From: Acidimicrobiia bacterium
Lineage (GTDB): Bacteria > Actinomycetota > Acidimicrobiia > Spongiisociales > ZC4RG35
Direction: 5' to 3'
Length of the DNA stretch: 58,488 nucleotides
Assembly: GCA_040905925.1 (NCBI GenBank)
Contig: JBBDQO010000012.1
Location: 1-58,488, forward strand
Shown here: positions 19,090 through 28,023 of the stretch, one piece after another
How positions within the stretch are numbered: position 1 is the stretch's first letter
Layout: every line of letters starts with the position of its first letter
Position numbers and translations under genes: made by a program
Notes under the pieces: model-generated
What the model was told of the DNA's origin: nothing
What the model saw: only the letters and a program-made list of their open reading frames with translations
Database searches by the model: none

Positions 19090-20586
19090 TCAGGGGTAAT
19101 GGTCAGGAAGATCGTTCTCGTAGAGCACAGCATCACCGGGACCCAAGTTGTCGCGCACCCAGTCGACGGCCGCCTCACGGGAAGCCACGACGGTAACCGA
19201 AGCTCGCCCCGCGCCCGAGCCTTCGAGGAGTGCGGATCGGTTGGTCCGGCCCACCACCACGATGTCGTCGACAACCGTCGAGGCGGCTGCGGCGAACGCC
19301 AGGTTTTCTGCCGCCTGCCGGGGCCCGAGCTCGACCATTCCCGGGGTGACCAGAACCTTGCGCCCCCCCGCGCCCAACTCGATGAGCTTCTCCAGACCCT
19401 TCCTGGCCCCGGCCGGGTTGGAGTTGTAGGTGTCGTCGATGACCGAGAATCCTCTCTCCGAAGTGGTGACCGTCTGGCGATGCTCCGGCCGTGGAAGGTT
19501 GTCGATCCGAGAGATGATCTGGTCGGGGCTCATGCCGAGGGCGAGACAGATGCCAATGGCGACTCCGAGGTTGAGCCCGAATGCTCCTTCGGGCAGTCGG
19601 GCGACCTGGCGACCTTCGATGAGGAGCCGACCGCCCTCGACTCTGACCCTGGCATCGCGCTCCCCGGTCGAGACGGTGATCAGACTCATCGCACCTGCTT
19701 TGCGCTCGGCGAGCCCGGCCAGCAGAGGGTGGTCGATACCGAGCACCCCCACCGCGGCTCCGTCGAGGATCTCCGACTTGGCGGTCAGGATCCTCTCCTC
19801 GCTCTTGAAGCGCTCCAGGTGCACCGGGCCGATGGCCACGATTGCGGAGACATCGGGCTTCACCCATTCACAGAGGGCTGCGATCTCCCCAGAACCGTAG
19901 GTCCCCATCTCGGCGACGAAGATCTCGGTGCCCGGCGCCAGATGCTCGTTGATGGCGCGCGCCAGCCCCATCCGGTTGTTGAACGATGCCGGGCTGGCGA
20001 CGGTGCGGAACCCGCCTGACAGTAGGTGGGCGGCATACTGCTTGGTGGTCGTCTTCCCGTAGGAGCCCGTGATCGCGACGACCTTCGCTCCCGAGGAGCG
20101 CAATCGGCCGGCGGCTTTGGCCACCCATTTGTCACCCAGTCGGGACTCCACCGGGGCCAGGGCCAAGGAGGCCAGGTCGACGATGAGCGGGACCGACACC
20201 ATCCCTAGCGCCACCAGCCATGCGGAGCCGGTGAGACCGCCCACCAGGTAGATCAGCGCCGCAAACAACCCCGAGACCACGGCCAGCCGGCGCAAGCGGC
20301 CGGTCCACGCCAGCGGGGAAGTCACGCCGCGCACTGACAGGCCGACCGGCCCCGCCATCTCGCTCGCCACCGCCAGGAACCCGTACCAGGGATCGAAGAT
20401 CGCCCCGGCGACTCCGACCGCGGCCACCCCGACGAGGGCACGGTTGGGCCAGCGGCTGGCCCACCAGCGGATAGCGAACCGGGTCACCGAGGGGGACAGA
20501 TAGTGCTCGCGTTGGGCCACCCGAAGCCAGCGAAGACCTGCCGGGATGGTGGCCAGGAAAGAGGCAGCGACCAGCGCCCAGATCAT
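19090..20586 (-). CDS. MurF-like Mur ligase with the N-terminal domain replaced by about 4-5 TM helices
   Basis: ITGSYGKTTTKQY P-loop, FNNRMG, VAEMGTYGSGEI...VAIGPVHLERF, DDTYNSNPAG. The first ~130 aa are hydrophobic (MIWALVAASFLATIPAG..., LAVVSGLFAALIYLVGGL...). Confidence 0.8.
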   Translation of the reverse strand: MIWALVAASFLATIPAGLRWLRVAQREHYLSPSVTRFAIRWWASRWPNRALVGVAAVGVAGAIFDPWYGFLAVASEMAGPVGLSVRGVTSPLAWTGRLRRLAVVSGLFAALIYLVGGLTGSAWLVALGMVSVPLIVDLASLALAPVESRLGDKWVAKAAGRLRSSGAKVVAITGSYGKTTTKQYAAHLLSGGFRTVASPASFNNRMGLARAINEHLAPGTEIFVAEMGTYGSGEIAALCEWVKPDVSAIVAIGPVHLERFKSEERILTAKSEILDGAAVGVLGIDHPLLAGLAERKAGAMSLITVSTGERDARVRVEGGRLLIEGRQVARLPEGAFGLNLGVAIGICLALGMSPDQIISRIDNLPRPEHRQTVTTSERGFSVIDDTYNSNPAGARKGLEKLIELGAGGRKVLVTPGMVELGPRQAAENLAFAAAASTVVDDIVVVGRTNRSALLEGSGAGRASVTVVASREAAVDWVRDNLGPGDAVLYENDLPDHYP

Positions 20587-21329
20587 CGGGAGAGTGCCCG
20601 CTCGATCGCACCACGCAGAGCGTCGGGTGCCTCAACCGGGACAAGGTGTCCTATCCCCTCGAGAATCTCCACCTCGACCTCTCGCCCCTCTGACTGGATC
20701 ACCTCCGCCGCCGCTCGAGCGATGCTCACCGGGACCTCCCGGTCGGCGCTACCCCAGATCAGGGTCACCGGTGCGGTCAGGGCCCGAAGTTGTGGCTCGT
20801 AGCTCTCGTTGATCACCCGTACCAGGATGTCTCTCATCACACCCGAGACCGCCCGGTAGTCGGTCGACCCGGTCTGTCTTCGAATCGTCTCCAACCGATT
20901 GTCGCTGACCACCCCAACCCGGTTCAGACCCCGAATGAGCCGGTAGCGCAACGTCGGGGCGGGGGATGGGGTGAGCCGAACCAGTGGCGCGCCGGTGAGG
21001 ACCAACGAGCCGACCCGGTCGGGATACAGCGCGGCGAGACAGACTGCCACTCTCCCACCGAATGAGTGGCCAACCACCACCGGAGGGGCGTCACAGACAT
21101 CGAGGATCTCACCGATGAGTCGTGCATAGCCCTCGGCACCAATGGGCTCGGAGGGGGGCGGAGAAGCCCCAAAACCGGGCAAATCGGGGGCCAACGCATC
21201 CAAATCGGTGAGAGAAGGCCGAAAATCGCTCCCCCGACGAGCCCATCCATGGAGCGCAATCACCCGGGGAGGACCGGTGCCGATCGCGTCTGCGAACAGC
21301 GTCCCGTTCGCGAATACGCGCAACGCCAC
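20583..21329 (-). CDS. Alpha/beta hydrolase
   Basis: VIALHGWARRGSDF and the nucleophile elbow VVGHSFGG. 4-nt overlap with the downstream Mur ligase gene. Confidence 0.8.
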   Translation of the reverse strand: MALRVFANGTLFADAIGTGPPRVIALHGWARRGSDFRPSLTDLDALAPDLPGFGASPPPSEPIGAEGYARLIGEILDVCDAPPVVVGHSFGGRVAVCLAALYPDRVGSLVLTGAPLVRLTPSPAPTLRYRLIRGLNRVGVVSDNRLETIRRQTGSTDYRAVSGVMRDILVRVINESYEPQLRALTAPVTLIWGSADREVPVSIARAAAEVIQSEGREVEVEILEGIGHLVPVEAPDALRGAIERALSR

Positions 21330-21395
21330 GTTTCAATCCTCGATCAGTCCGGGATAAATGCCGAGAATACAGTCGAAACCCTCACAAACCGTGAA

Positions 21396-23177
21396 ATGGA
21401 AGAGCTGAAGCCAACGATCCATCAGGCCATGGCCCGCTTCCGGGCGTCGTTGCTGCGACGCGCCTCGGCGGTGGCCTGGGTTGTGCTCATCATCATCTCG
21501 GCCCAGGCGGTGCGCCAGGAGGTCTTCGCCCAGCGCGGCTTCTGGATTCCGATGGCCGGCCTCTCCGTCCTCCTCGTCATCTCCACCGCCGCACGTTGGG
21601 ACCGGCTGATGGCCACCTGGGCCGCGCCCTGGATCGCCGCCTTCTGGCTCATGGGGCTGATCGTTGGGATCAGCGCCCTCGCCGTGATCCCGGAGCTGAC
21701 CGCCACGGCACAACCGATCCTCTTCGGGATCGCCGCAGTCTCCGGTCTGCTCCTCACCTGGTGGGCCCATGCCCTGGTGACGGTCTTCATCGGCATCGCC
21801 ATCTCCTTCGTCGCCTTCAGCCTGGGCGAGGCCGATGCCATCGAGCAGGTCCTGGCGCCGGTGCTGACGGTGGCAGTCGTTTCTGCAGCCACTGCCCTGG
21901 TCGGCCTCGAGTTCGAGCGCGAGGCGGTCCGGTCCAACGAGAGGGAAGGGCAGATAGACCAACAACGGCTCGACTTCGAACGTCTCTATGCGGTGAGCGC
22001 CACCCTGGCCCGAGCCGAATCCCTCGCCGAGATCGTCCCCCATCTGATCGGCACCATCTGCAAGTACCTCGACGCCCAGGTCGGGGTGGTCCTGCTCTAC
22101 GACCCCGATCGACACCGTCTCGAGCTGATGAGCCCGATCTGGGTCAACGGGTATCCGTTGGAGTCCGATCCCATCACCCTCGATGTTGCGGCCGGCGGGA
22201 TCGTCGCCCAGACCTTTCGAGCAGGCAAGCCGTTCTACGTGCGGGAAGTGGACCAGGATTCGGACGCTCACATCCTTCTCAAAGAACTAGGTCTGAAACA
22301 AGCCCTGGTGGCGCCGTTGAAGGTGGAGAGCCTCCGGGTTGGGGTGATCATCGTGGGCGACCCCTACGTCGGGAGCTTCAGCGAGGACCAGCTCGAACAA
22401 CTCGGGTCGCTGGCGGCGCCCGCCGGGCTGGTGCTGTCCCAGATCGGCCGTTACGAGGCCCAGGCCGACATGACGAGACGGCTCGAGGAAGTGGCTCAGA
22501 TGAAGAGCGACTTCGTTTCCACTGTCAGCCACGAGTTGCGCACCCCACTCACATCGATCATCGGCTCTTTGGACACCGTGGCCCGTCCGGAGCTGCAGCC
22601 CACCCAACCCACCGCCCAGCACCTCCTGTCCACGGCCCGGCGCCAGGCGGGGCGTCTGCAACGCCTGATCGACGACCTCCTGGTCGTCTCCCGGATCGAT
22701 CGTGGTGCGATCCCGGTCCATCTCGAGGCGATCAGCCTTCGTCAGGCATTCGACGAGGTGAACCGCGTGGTCTCCATCGAGCCCACGTTCGTCGTCGACC
22801 CGGAGGGACTGGCGGTCGAGGCGGACCGCGACCATCTGAGCCGCATCCTGATCAACCTCGTGGAGAACGCCGCCAAGTACGCGGCGGGAAGCTCTGTCGA
22901 GCTCTTCGCGTGGGAACGAGGGTCCAAGGCGCTGATCGTGGTCGTCGACCATGGCCCGGGCATCCCCGATCACGAGCGGGACCGGGTTTTCGAGCGATTC
23001 ACCCAGGTGGACCAGTCGGACACGAGATCGAAGGGTGGCACCGGTCTCGGCCTGTCCATTGTGAAGAGCCTCACCGAGGTCATGCACGGCTCGGTGAGGG
23101 TCGAGGAGACCGAGGGCGGAGGCGCCACCTTTGTGGTCGAGCTCCCCCTGGCCCCCGCCCTCCAGTCGGTGGACTAG
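21396..23177 (+). CDS. Membrane sensor histidine kinase with GAF domain
   Basis: About 6 TM segments, a GAF-like region, the HisKA H-box FVSTVSHELRTPLTSI, and HATPase N/G boxes (NLVENAAKY, DHGPGIP, GGTGLGLSIV). Start set to the first ATG clear of the convergent hydrolase gene. Confidence 0.85.
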   Translation: MEELKPTIHQAMARFRASLLRRASAVAWVVLIIISAQAVRQEVFAQRGFWIPMAGLSVLLVISTAARWDRLMATWAAPWIAAFWLMGLIVGISALAVIPELTATAQPILFGIAAVSGLLLTWWAHALVTVFIGIAISFVAFSLGEADAIEQVLAPVLTVAVVSAATALVGLEFEREAVRSNEREGQIDQQRLDFERLYAVSATLARAESLAEIVPHLIGTICKYLDAQVGVVLLYDPDRHRLELMSPIWVNGYPLESDPITLDVAAGGIVAQTFRAGKPFYVREVDQDSDAHILLKELGLKQALVAPLKVESLRVGVIIVGDPYVGSFSEDQLEQLGSLAAPAGLVLSQIGRYEAQADMTRRLEEVAQMKSDFVSTVSHELRTPLTSIIGSLDTVARPELQPTQPTAQHLLSTARRQAGRLQRLIDDLLVVSRIDRGAIPVHLEAISLRQAFDEVNRVVSIEPTFVVDPEGLAVEADRDHLSRILINLVENAAKYAAGSSVELFAWERGSKALIVVVDHGPGIPDHERDRVFERFTQVDQSDTRSKGGTGLGLSIVKSLTEVMHGSVRVEETEGGGATFVVELPLAPALQSVD

Positions 23178-23965
23178 CTCCCGGGTTTCTCGACGCCGGT
23201 GGCGATGGCGTGGAATCCACCGTCGACGTGGATGATCTCACCCGAGGTCAACGGGGCCCAGTCCGACAACAAGACACAGATCATCCGCGCCACCGGGTCG
23301 GGGTTGGAGGTGTCCCAGGGCAGCGGGGAACGCTGGTTCCAGACCCGGTCGAAGACGTCAAACCCTGGAATCGACTTCGCCGCCACCGTGGTCAAGGGCC
23401 CGGCCGACACCGCGTTGACCCGCACACCGTGGGGCCCCAGGTCGCGGGCCAGATATCTGGTGACGCTCTCCAACGCCGACTTGGCGACGCCCATCCAGTC
23501 ATAGGCCGGCCAGGCCTGGGTGTTGTCGAAGTCGAGAGTCACCAGGGCGCCTCCTCCTGCGGCCTTCATCAAGGGGAGCAAGGCCACAGCAAGGGTCTTG
23601 TAGGAGAACGCCGAGGTGACGAAGGCGGTTTGGGCCGATTCCACCGGGGTGTTGAGGAAGTTGCCACCGAGAGCGTCCTCGGGGGCGTAGGCAATGGCAT
23701 GAAGCGCACCGTTGATCAGTCCCCAGCGCGCGGTCAGTTCGGCGACCGCAGACTCGACCTGGGCGGGGTCGTTGATGTCCAGCTCCAGAACCGGGCATTC
23801 CTGGGGCAGCCGCTGCACCGAGCGCTCGGTGAGGCGAAGCCCGCGCCCGAACCCGGTGACGACGATGTCGGCGCCCTCTTCCTGGGCGATTCGAGCCGCA
23901 TGCCAGGCGATCGAGTCGTCGGTCAGCACCCCGGTGATCAAGAGTTTCTTGCCTTCGAGCAGCAT
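23174..23965 (-). CDS. fabI: Enoyl-ACP reductase (FabI/InhA type)
   Basis: LLEGKKLLITGVLTDDSIAWHAARIAQEEGADIVVTGF; later YDWMGVAKSALE (Y...K catalytic pair). Confidence 0.88.
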   Translation of the reverse strand: MLLEGKKLLITGVLTDDSIAWHAARIAQEEGADIVVTGFGRGLRLTERSVQRLPQECPVLELDINDPAQVESAVAELTARWGLINGALHAIAYAPEDALGGNFLNTPVESAQTAFVTSAFSYKTLAVALLPLMKAAGGGALVTLDFDNTQAWPAYDWMGVAKSALESVTRYLARDLGPHGVRVNAVSAGPLTTVAAKSIPGFDVFDRVWNQRSPLPWDTSNPDPVARMICVLLSDWAPLTSGEIIHVDGGFHAIATGVEKPGS

Positions 23966-23973
23966 GAGGCCTC

Positions 23974-24333
23974 CTAAAAGCTGTTGCCGAAAGTCATGAT
24001 TCCGCGTATGCCCAAACCCATCGAGAACAAGAGCAAGAGCCCGTAATACAGGGTGGGACGTTTTCGAAACTGGGATCGGTAGATGTAGGCGAAGGTGAAT
24101 GTCACCGCCGTTACGACACCGTAGAAGACGTGCTGGTTACCGGGGTCCACCCCACCGGAGGCGACCACGACTCCGGTGACGATCTGAAGGAGAAGGGCGC
24201 CGATAGCGATGCCGACCCCCCAGAGAAAGGCCGGCGGCGCCTCGGGCCGGCGCGCCATCGCCACCCCCCACAGCCCGACCACACCACTGGTCCCGGCGGC
24301 GATGTACCCCCAGTTGGTGTGAAATGTGCTCAC
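23974..24333 (-). CDS. Hypothetical small membrane protein (4 TM)
   Basis: Hydrophobic 119-aa ORF, 8 nt upstream of fabI on the same strand. No family recognised. Confidence 0.5.
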   Translation of the reverse strand: MSTFHTNWGYIAAGTSGVVGLWGVAMARRPEAPPAFLWGVGIAIGALLLQIVTGVVVASGGVDPGNQHVFYGVVTAVTFTFAYIYRSQFRKRPTLYYGLLLLFSMGLGIRGIMTFGNSF

Positions 24334-24458
24334 GGCTTGAGCTTAGAGAGCCGTTTGCAGCGCACGGCCCACCCGACCCACCCTCGCAGCTGTTTAGGCC
24401 CCATCCTCTGATTACAGATAACTATCATGTATTCGGGAGGAAACGAGAGAGGTGTGAG

Positions 24459-24719
24459 ATGTTTGAGGCAGTGGAGTTCATCGAGGCACCGGGACAGCCG
24501 GGGCCCAGCGAGACCGTCCTAGGTCAGTACCCCGACGAGACCGAGGCGGTCCAAGCGGCGAGGGTTGCCAAGGTGGCGTTCGCCGTCACCGCCTCAAAGG
24601 CTTACGCCTGGTGGGTAGTCCGTAAGCAGGGCGCCCAACTCGCACATTTCATCGCCGACTCCAAGAGCGACAAGGAATTCGTGCTCGACCTGACCTCCGG
24701 TCAGCTCGTCGAAGTTTGA
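24459..24719 (+). CDS. Hypothetical protein (86 aa)
   Basis: Internal ATG preceded by GGGAGG/GAGAGG in a locally AT-richer intergenic stretch. No recognisable motif. Confidence 0.4.
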   Translation: MFEAVEFIEAPGQPGPSETVLGQYPDETEAVQAARVAKVAFAVTASKAYAWWVVRKQGAQLAHFIADSKSDKEFVLDLTSGQLVEV

Positions 24720-25093
24720 TTCACCTCGGATAGCTCAATCGTATTTCCGTCAATATCTTTGAACCACGCCGCCTTGTAAGGCCCCATGGTGAACAGACCG
24801 TCCGTGGTCTTGAAGTCCGGCAGGTCGTAGTCCTCGAAGACCACGCCGCGTGCCCGGTATTGCGCCATCAACTCCTCGATACCGTTCACCTGGAAGCTCG
24901 CAGCCGTGTTCTGCGCCGTTCCGGCGTACGCACTGCCTGTGACCACGAACCAGGTTCCCTCCGAGCACTCGTACCAGAGCCCACCCGGGTCTTCCTTGAC
25001 CGGGGAAGTCCCGGTCTTTTCCTCATACCAGGCCCTTGCTCGAGCCAGATCCTTTGATGGCAGAACCGCGTACACCTTGAAATCGGTCAACAT
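24701..25093 (-). CDS. VOC (glyoxalase/bleomycin-resistance/dioxygenase) family protein
   Basis: VYAVLPSKDLARARAWYEEKTG...GPYKAAWFKDIDGNTIEL is a typical VOC beta-alpha-beta-beta-beta pattern. Confidence 0.8.
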   Translation of the reverse strand: MLTDFKVYAVLPSKDLARARAWYEEKTGTSPVKEDPGGLWYECSEGTWFVVTGSAYAGTAQNTAASFQVNGIEELMAQYRARGVVFEDYDLPDFKTTDGLFTMGPYKAAWFKDIDGNTIELSEVNQTSTS

Positions 25094-25130
25094 CCTGAAT
25101 CACCTCCTGTGACAACACCGCGCCTGATCC

Positions 25131-26747
25131 TCAACTCTCCTCTATGAGCAGGTCGGCGTACTGGTCCCTGACCACTTTCTTGTCGAACTTGCCCGTACCC
25201 GTCTTCGGGATCTGATCGATGAACACGATCCGGTCGGGTATCCACCAGGCGGCCACCTTCTCCTCGAGGAAGGTGCGAATCGCATCCTCATCGGTGTCGG
25301 CCCCCTCCCGTAAGACCACGAAAGCCGCCGGCCGCTCCTGCCATTTCACGTGTTTGAGCCCGACCACGGTTGCCTCGGCCACATCAGGGTTGGCCATGAT
25401 CGCGTTCTCGAGATCGATCGATGAGATCCACTCTCCACCGGACTTGATCACGTCCTTGGCCCGGTCCGTGATCCGGATGTAGCCCTCAGGGGTGATCTTG
25501 GCGACGTCACCGGTCCGCAGCCACCCATCCTCGAACGACTGGGCCGATCTCGGGTCCTTGTAGTACTCGGCGGCGATCCAGGGGCCCCTGATCAGCAACT
25601 CCCCAAAGGCCTCCCCGTCCTGGGGCAACTCATCGCCGATCTCGTCGACGATCTTCACCTGGAGACCTGCGATCGGGATCCCGGCCGTCTCCAGGAAATC
25701 GAGCTGACGCTGCAGGTCCCAACTCTCCATGTCTGGTTTCAACAATGCGGTGGAGGCAACAGGGTTGGTCTCGGTCATTCCCCAGCCCTGGACCACCCTG
25801 ATCCCGCGTTCGGTGAGGAACCACTCGATCATCGCCCTCGGAACCGCCGACCCCCCGCAGAGAAAGGCGCGTATCGACGACACGTCGGCCTCGGGGTGGG
25901 CCTCCAGGTATTGCCTGATGCCAAGCCACACCGTGGGGACGCCGGCGCTGAAGGTCACCTTCTCGTGCTCGAAGAGCCGCACCAGACCCTCCGGGGACAG
26001 GTCAGGGCCCGGATAGGTCAGCTTGGCTCCCTGGGCGACGGCCATAAAGGGGTATCCCCAGGCCGAGGCATGGAACATCGGCACCACGGGCAGCACGTTG
26101 TCGGTGGGGCCCATCGGGTAGTTGGCCAGGTTGGAGATGGTGTGGAGGTAGGTGGAGCGCTGGGTGTAGGCCACCCCCTTTGGACTCCCAGTCGTGCCCG
26201 ACGTGTAACAGAGCATCATCGGCGACCGCTCGTCGAGCTCGGGCCACTGGCCATGCTCCGGCGCGTCCGCGATCAGGTCCTCGTATGCGATGGAACCGGG
26301 GATGCGCGGGTCGGCCTCAGCTCCCATCACCACATAGGTCGTGACCGTCTCGAGTCGGGGAACCACCGGCGCCAGAAGTGGGACCAGGTCGGGATCGACG
26401 AAAAGGACACGGTCTCCGGCATGGTTGACGATGTAGGCCACCTGGTCGGCGAAGAGCCGGATGTTGACGGTGTGACAGATCAGACCCGTGTTTGCGGTCG
26501 CCCAATACAGCTCGTGATGGCGTCGGTTGTTCCAGGCAAAGGTGGCAACCGCGTCACCGGCGGGCAGACCCAGCCCTCCCAGTGCCGAAGCCAAACGCCG
26601 GACCCTGGCGTCCGTCTCCCCATAGCTGGTGCGGGTCAGGGACCGGTCGGCCTCCACCGACAGGATCTGCTGGTCGGGGTAGAGCCGAACCGATCGGTCA
26701 TAGAGCGTCGACAGATTGAGCTGGAAGTCGTCCTGCATATGTGGCAT
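25131..26747 (-). CDS. Long-chain fatty acid--CoA ligase (AMP-dependent synthetase)
   Basis: YTSGTTGSPKGV AMP-binding motif, GWGMTET, GWLRTGDV, KTGTGKFDKK. The start ATG overlaps the upstream TGA by 1 nt (TGATG). Confidence 0.9.
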   Translation of the reverse strand: MPHMQDDFQLNLSTLYDRSVRLYPDQQILSVEADRSLTRTSYGETDARVRRLASALGGLGLPAGDAVATFAWNNRRHHELYWATANTGLICHTVNIRLFADQVAYIVNHAGDRVLFVDPDLVPLLAPVVPRLETVTTYVVMGAEADPRIPGSIAYEDLIADAPEHGQWPELDERSPMMLCYTSGTTGSPKGVAYTQRSTYLHTISNLANYPMGPTDNVLPVVPMFHASAWGYPFMAVAQGAKLTYPGPDLSPEGLVRLFEHEKVTFSAGVPTVWLGIRQYLEAHPEADVSSIRAFLCGGSAVPRAMIEWFLTERGIRVVQGWGMTETNPVASTALLKPDMESWDLQRQLDFLETAGIPIAGLQVKIVDEIGDELPQDGEAFGELLIRGPWIAAEYYKDPRSAQSFEDGWLRTGDVAKITPEGYIRITDRAKDVIKSGGEWISSIDLENAIMANPDVAEATVVGLKHVKWQERPAAFVVLREGADTDEDAIRTFLEEKVAAWWIPDRIVFIDQIPKTGTGKFDKKVVRDQYADLLIEES

Positions 26748-27361
26748 CAGCCTTCACCCAGCAACTTCCTCTTCTGGACCTCGAACTCCTCGGTGGTCAA
26801 CTTCCCTTCGTCATGGAGCCGGGACAGGGTCTCCAACTCGGTCACAGAGCTCGCGCTGGGCGCCGATGGGGCGCCGCCGGACCGCATCTCCGCCATACGA
26901 GTCTCACGCGCCTCGTAGATCAGCTTCTGCACCTTTTCCGGATGAGGGATGTTGGTGTACGCAGACTGCCCATGGGTGCCGGCAGATTCGATCATGAGGT
27001 CGCCAGATCCGAAGATTCGCTCGATCATCGATTGCTTGAAGGTGACGTCGTTGATGACTTCGAGCGGGATCTCGGTCCCCTTCTTGGAGATCAGCCCGGT
27101 CCGATAGATGAGCCGCTCGTTGGTTATCACGTGCTGGGTGGTCCACCAGCGAACGAACTCGGCAACCACGACCACGAACCAGAGCAGGATCAGGGCGGCG
27201 ATGACCCACGTCTTGGCATCGAAACTCAAAGTGGCGACGAGGATGATGAGCGCCGCGACCATGACGGTGAGCAGGCCCTCCTTCAGGATCTGAGACCAGT
27301 GCGGTCGGAACTCGATCTCGATCTCCTCCCCGGCACTCAGCAGCTTTTGCGGATAACCCAT
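26747..27361 (-). CDS. Membrane bPH_2 (YdbS/YdbT-like PH) domain protein with C-terminal SHOCT domain
   Basis: Two TM helices, a PH-like core (ITNERLIYRTGLISKKGTEIPLEVINDVTFKQSMIERIFGSGDLMIE) and a C-terminal LSRLHDEGKLTTEEFEVQKRKLLG (SHOCT). Confidence 0.8.
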   Translation of the reverse strand: MGYPQKLLSAGEEIEIEFRPHWSQILKEGLLTVMVAALIILVATLSFDAKTWVIAALILLWFVVVVAEFVRWWTTQHVITNERLIYRTGLISKKGTEIPLEVINDVTFKQSMIERIFGSGDLMIESAGTHGQSAYTNIPHPEKVQKLIYEARETRMAEMRSGGAPSAPSASSVTELETLSRLHDEGKLTTEEFEVQKRKLLGEG

Positions 27362-27378
27362 CTGTTTCCTTCCATTGT

Positions 27379-28023
27379 TCAGCCGAGCAGCTTTCGCTTC
27401 TCGGTGTCGTACTCACTCTGGGTCAGCTTTCCCTGATCGAAGAGCCGGCTCAGGATCTCCAGTTGCTCCGCCGACGACTTGCCCGACGAGGTGACGGTGA
27501 CCGGAGCGGGGACGAATGCGGGACTTGGAGCGGGGTTGGGCCTCGCCGCCGACATCGAATTGGTTCGGTTTCTCCGGGTCTCATCAATGAGCGACTTCAT
27601 CTTCTCGGGCTCGGGAATGTGGAACAGCCTGCTTTGGCCCCTGGAGCCGGCGAACTCGATGACGAGGTCAGCGACACCGATTGCCCGCTCGATCAGGTTC
27701 TGACGGAAGGTGACGTCGTTGATGACTTCCAGTGGAATCTCGTACTCGATTTTGCGCACCAGACCGGCACGGTCGATGAGGCGTTCGGTCGTGATCACAT
27801 GCTCGCTGGCACGCCATCGAGTGTATCCGCCGACTGGGATCCACAGCCAGAGCAAGGTGATGATCGTGAAGGCCCACCCGTTTACCCCGTCAGGCACCAG
27901 AAGGATCAACAGCAGAAGGTAGGCGACGGTGCCGAGCGCCTCCTTCCAAAGCCCCAACCAGTGCGACCCGACCTCGAAAACGACCGACTCCCCCGGAGAC
28001 AGCAGTTCCTGCGGGTAAGCCAT
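27379..28023 (-). CDS. Membrane bPH_2 domain protein with C-terminal SHOCT domain (paralog of 26747-27361)
   Basis: Same architecture: MAYPQELLSPGE..., ITTERLIDRAGLVRKIEYEIPLEVINDVTFRQNLIERAIGVADLVIE, LSRLFDQGKLTQSEYDTEKRKLLG. Confidence 0.8.
   Translation of the reverse strand: MAYPQELLSPGESVVFEVGSHWLGLWKEALGTVAYLLLLILLVPDGVNGWAFTIITLLWLWIPVGGYTRWRASEHVITTERLIDRAGLVRKIEYEIPLEVINDVTFRQNLIERAIGVADLVIEFAGSRGQSRLFHIPEPEKMKSLIDETRRNRTNSMSAARPNPAPSPAFVPAPVTVTSSGKSSAEQLEILSRLFDQGKLTQSEYDTEKRKLLG

Noticed and set aside
18004-23177. The ddl, MurF-like and histidine kinase genes read as a vancomycin-resistance (van) type cluster
   Set aside because: No vanH (D-lactate dehydrogenase), vanX (D,D-dipeptidase) or response regulator is present. 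The ligase also carries the Ddl-type omega-loop motif YSYDQKY rather than an obvious VanA-type signature. There is not enough evidence for a van-like call.
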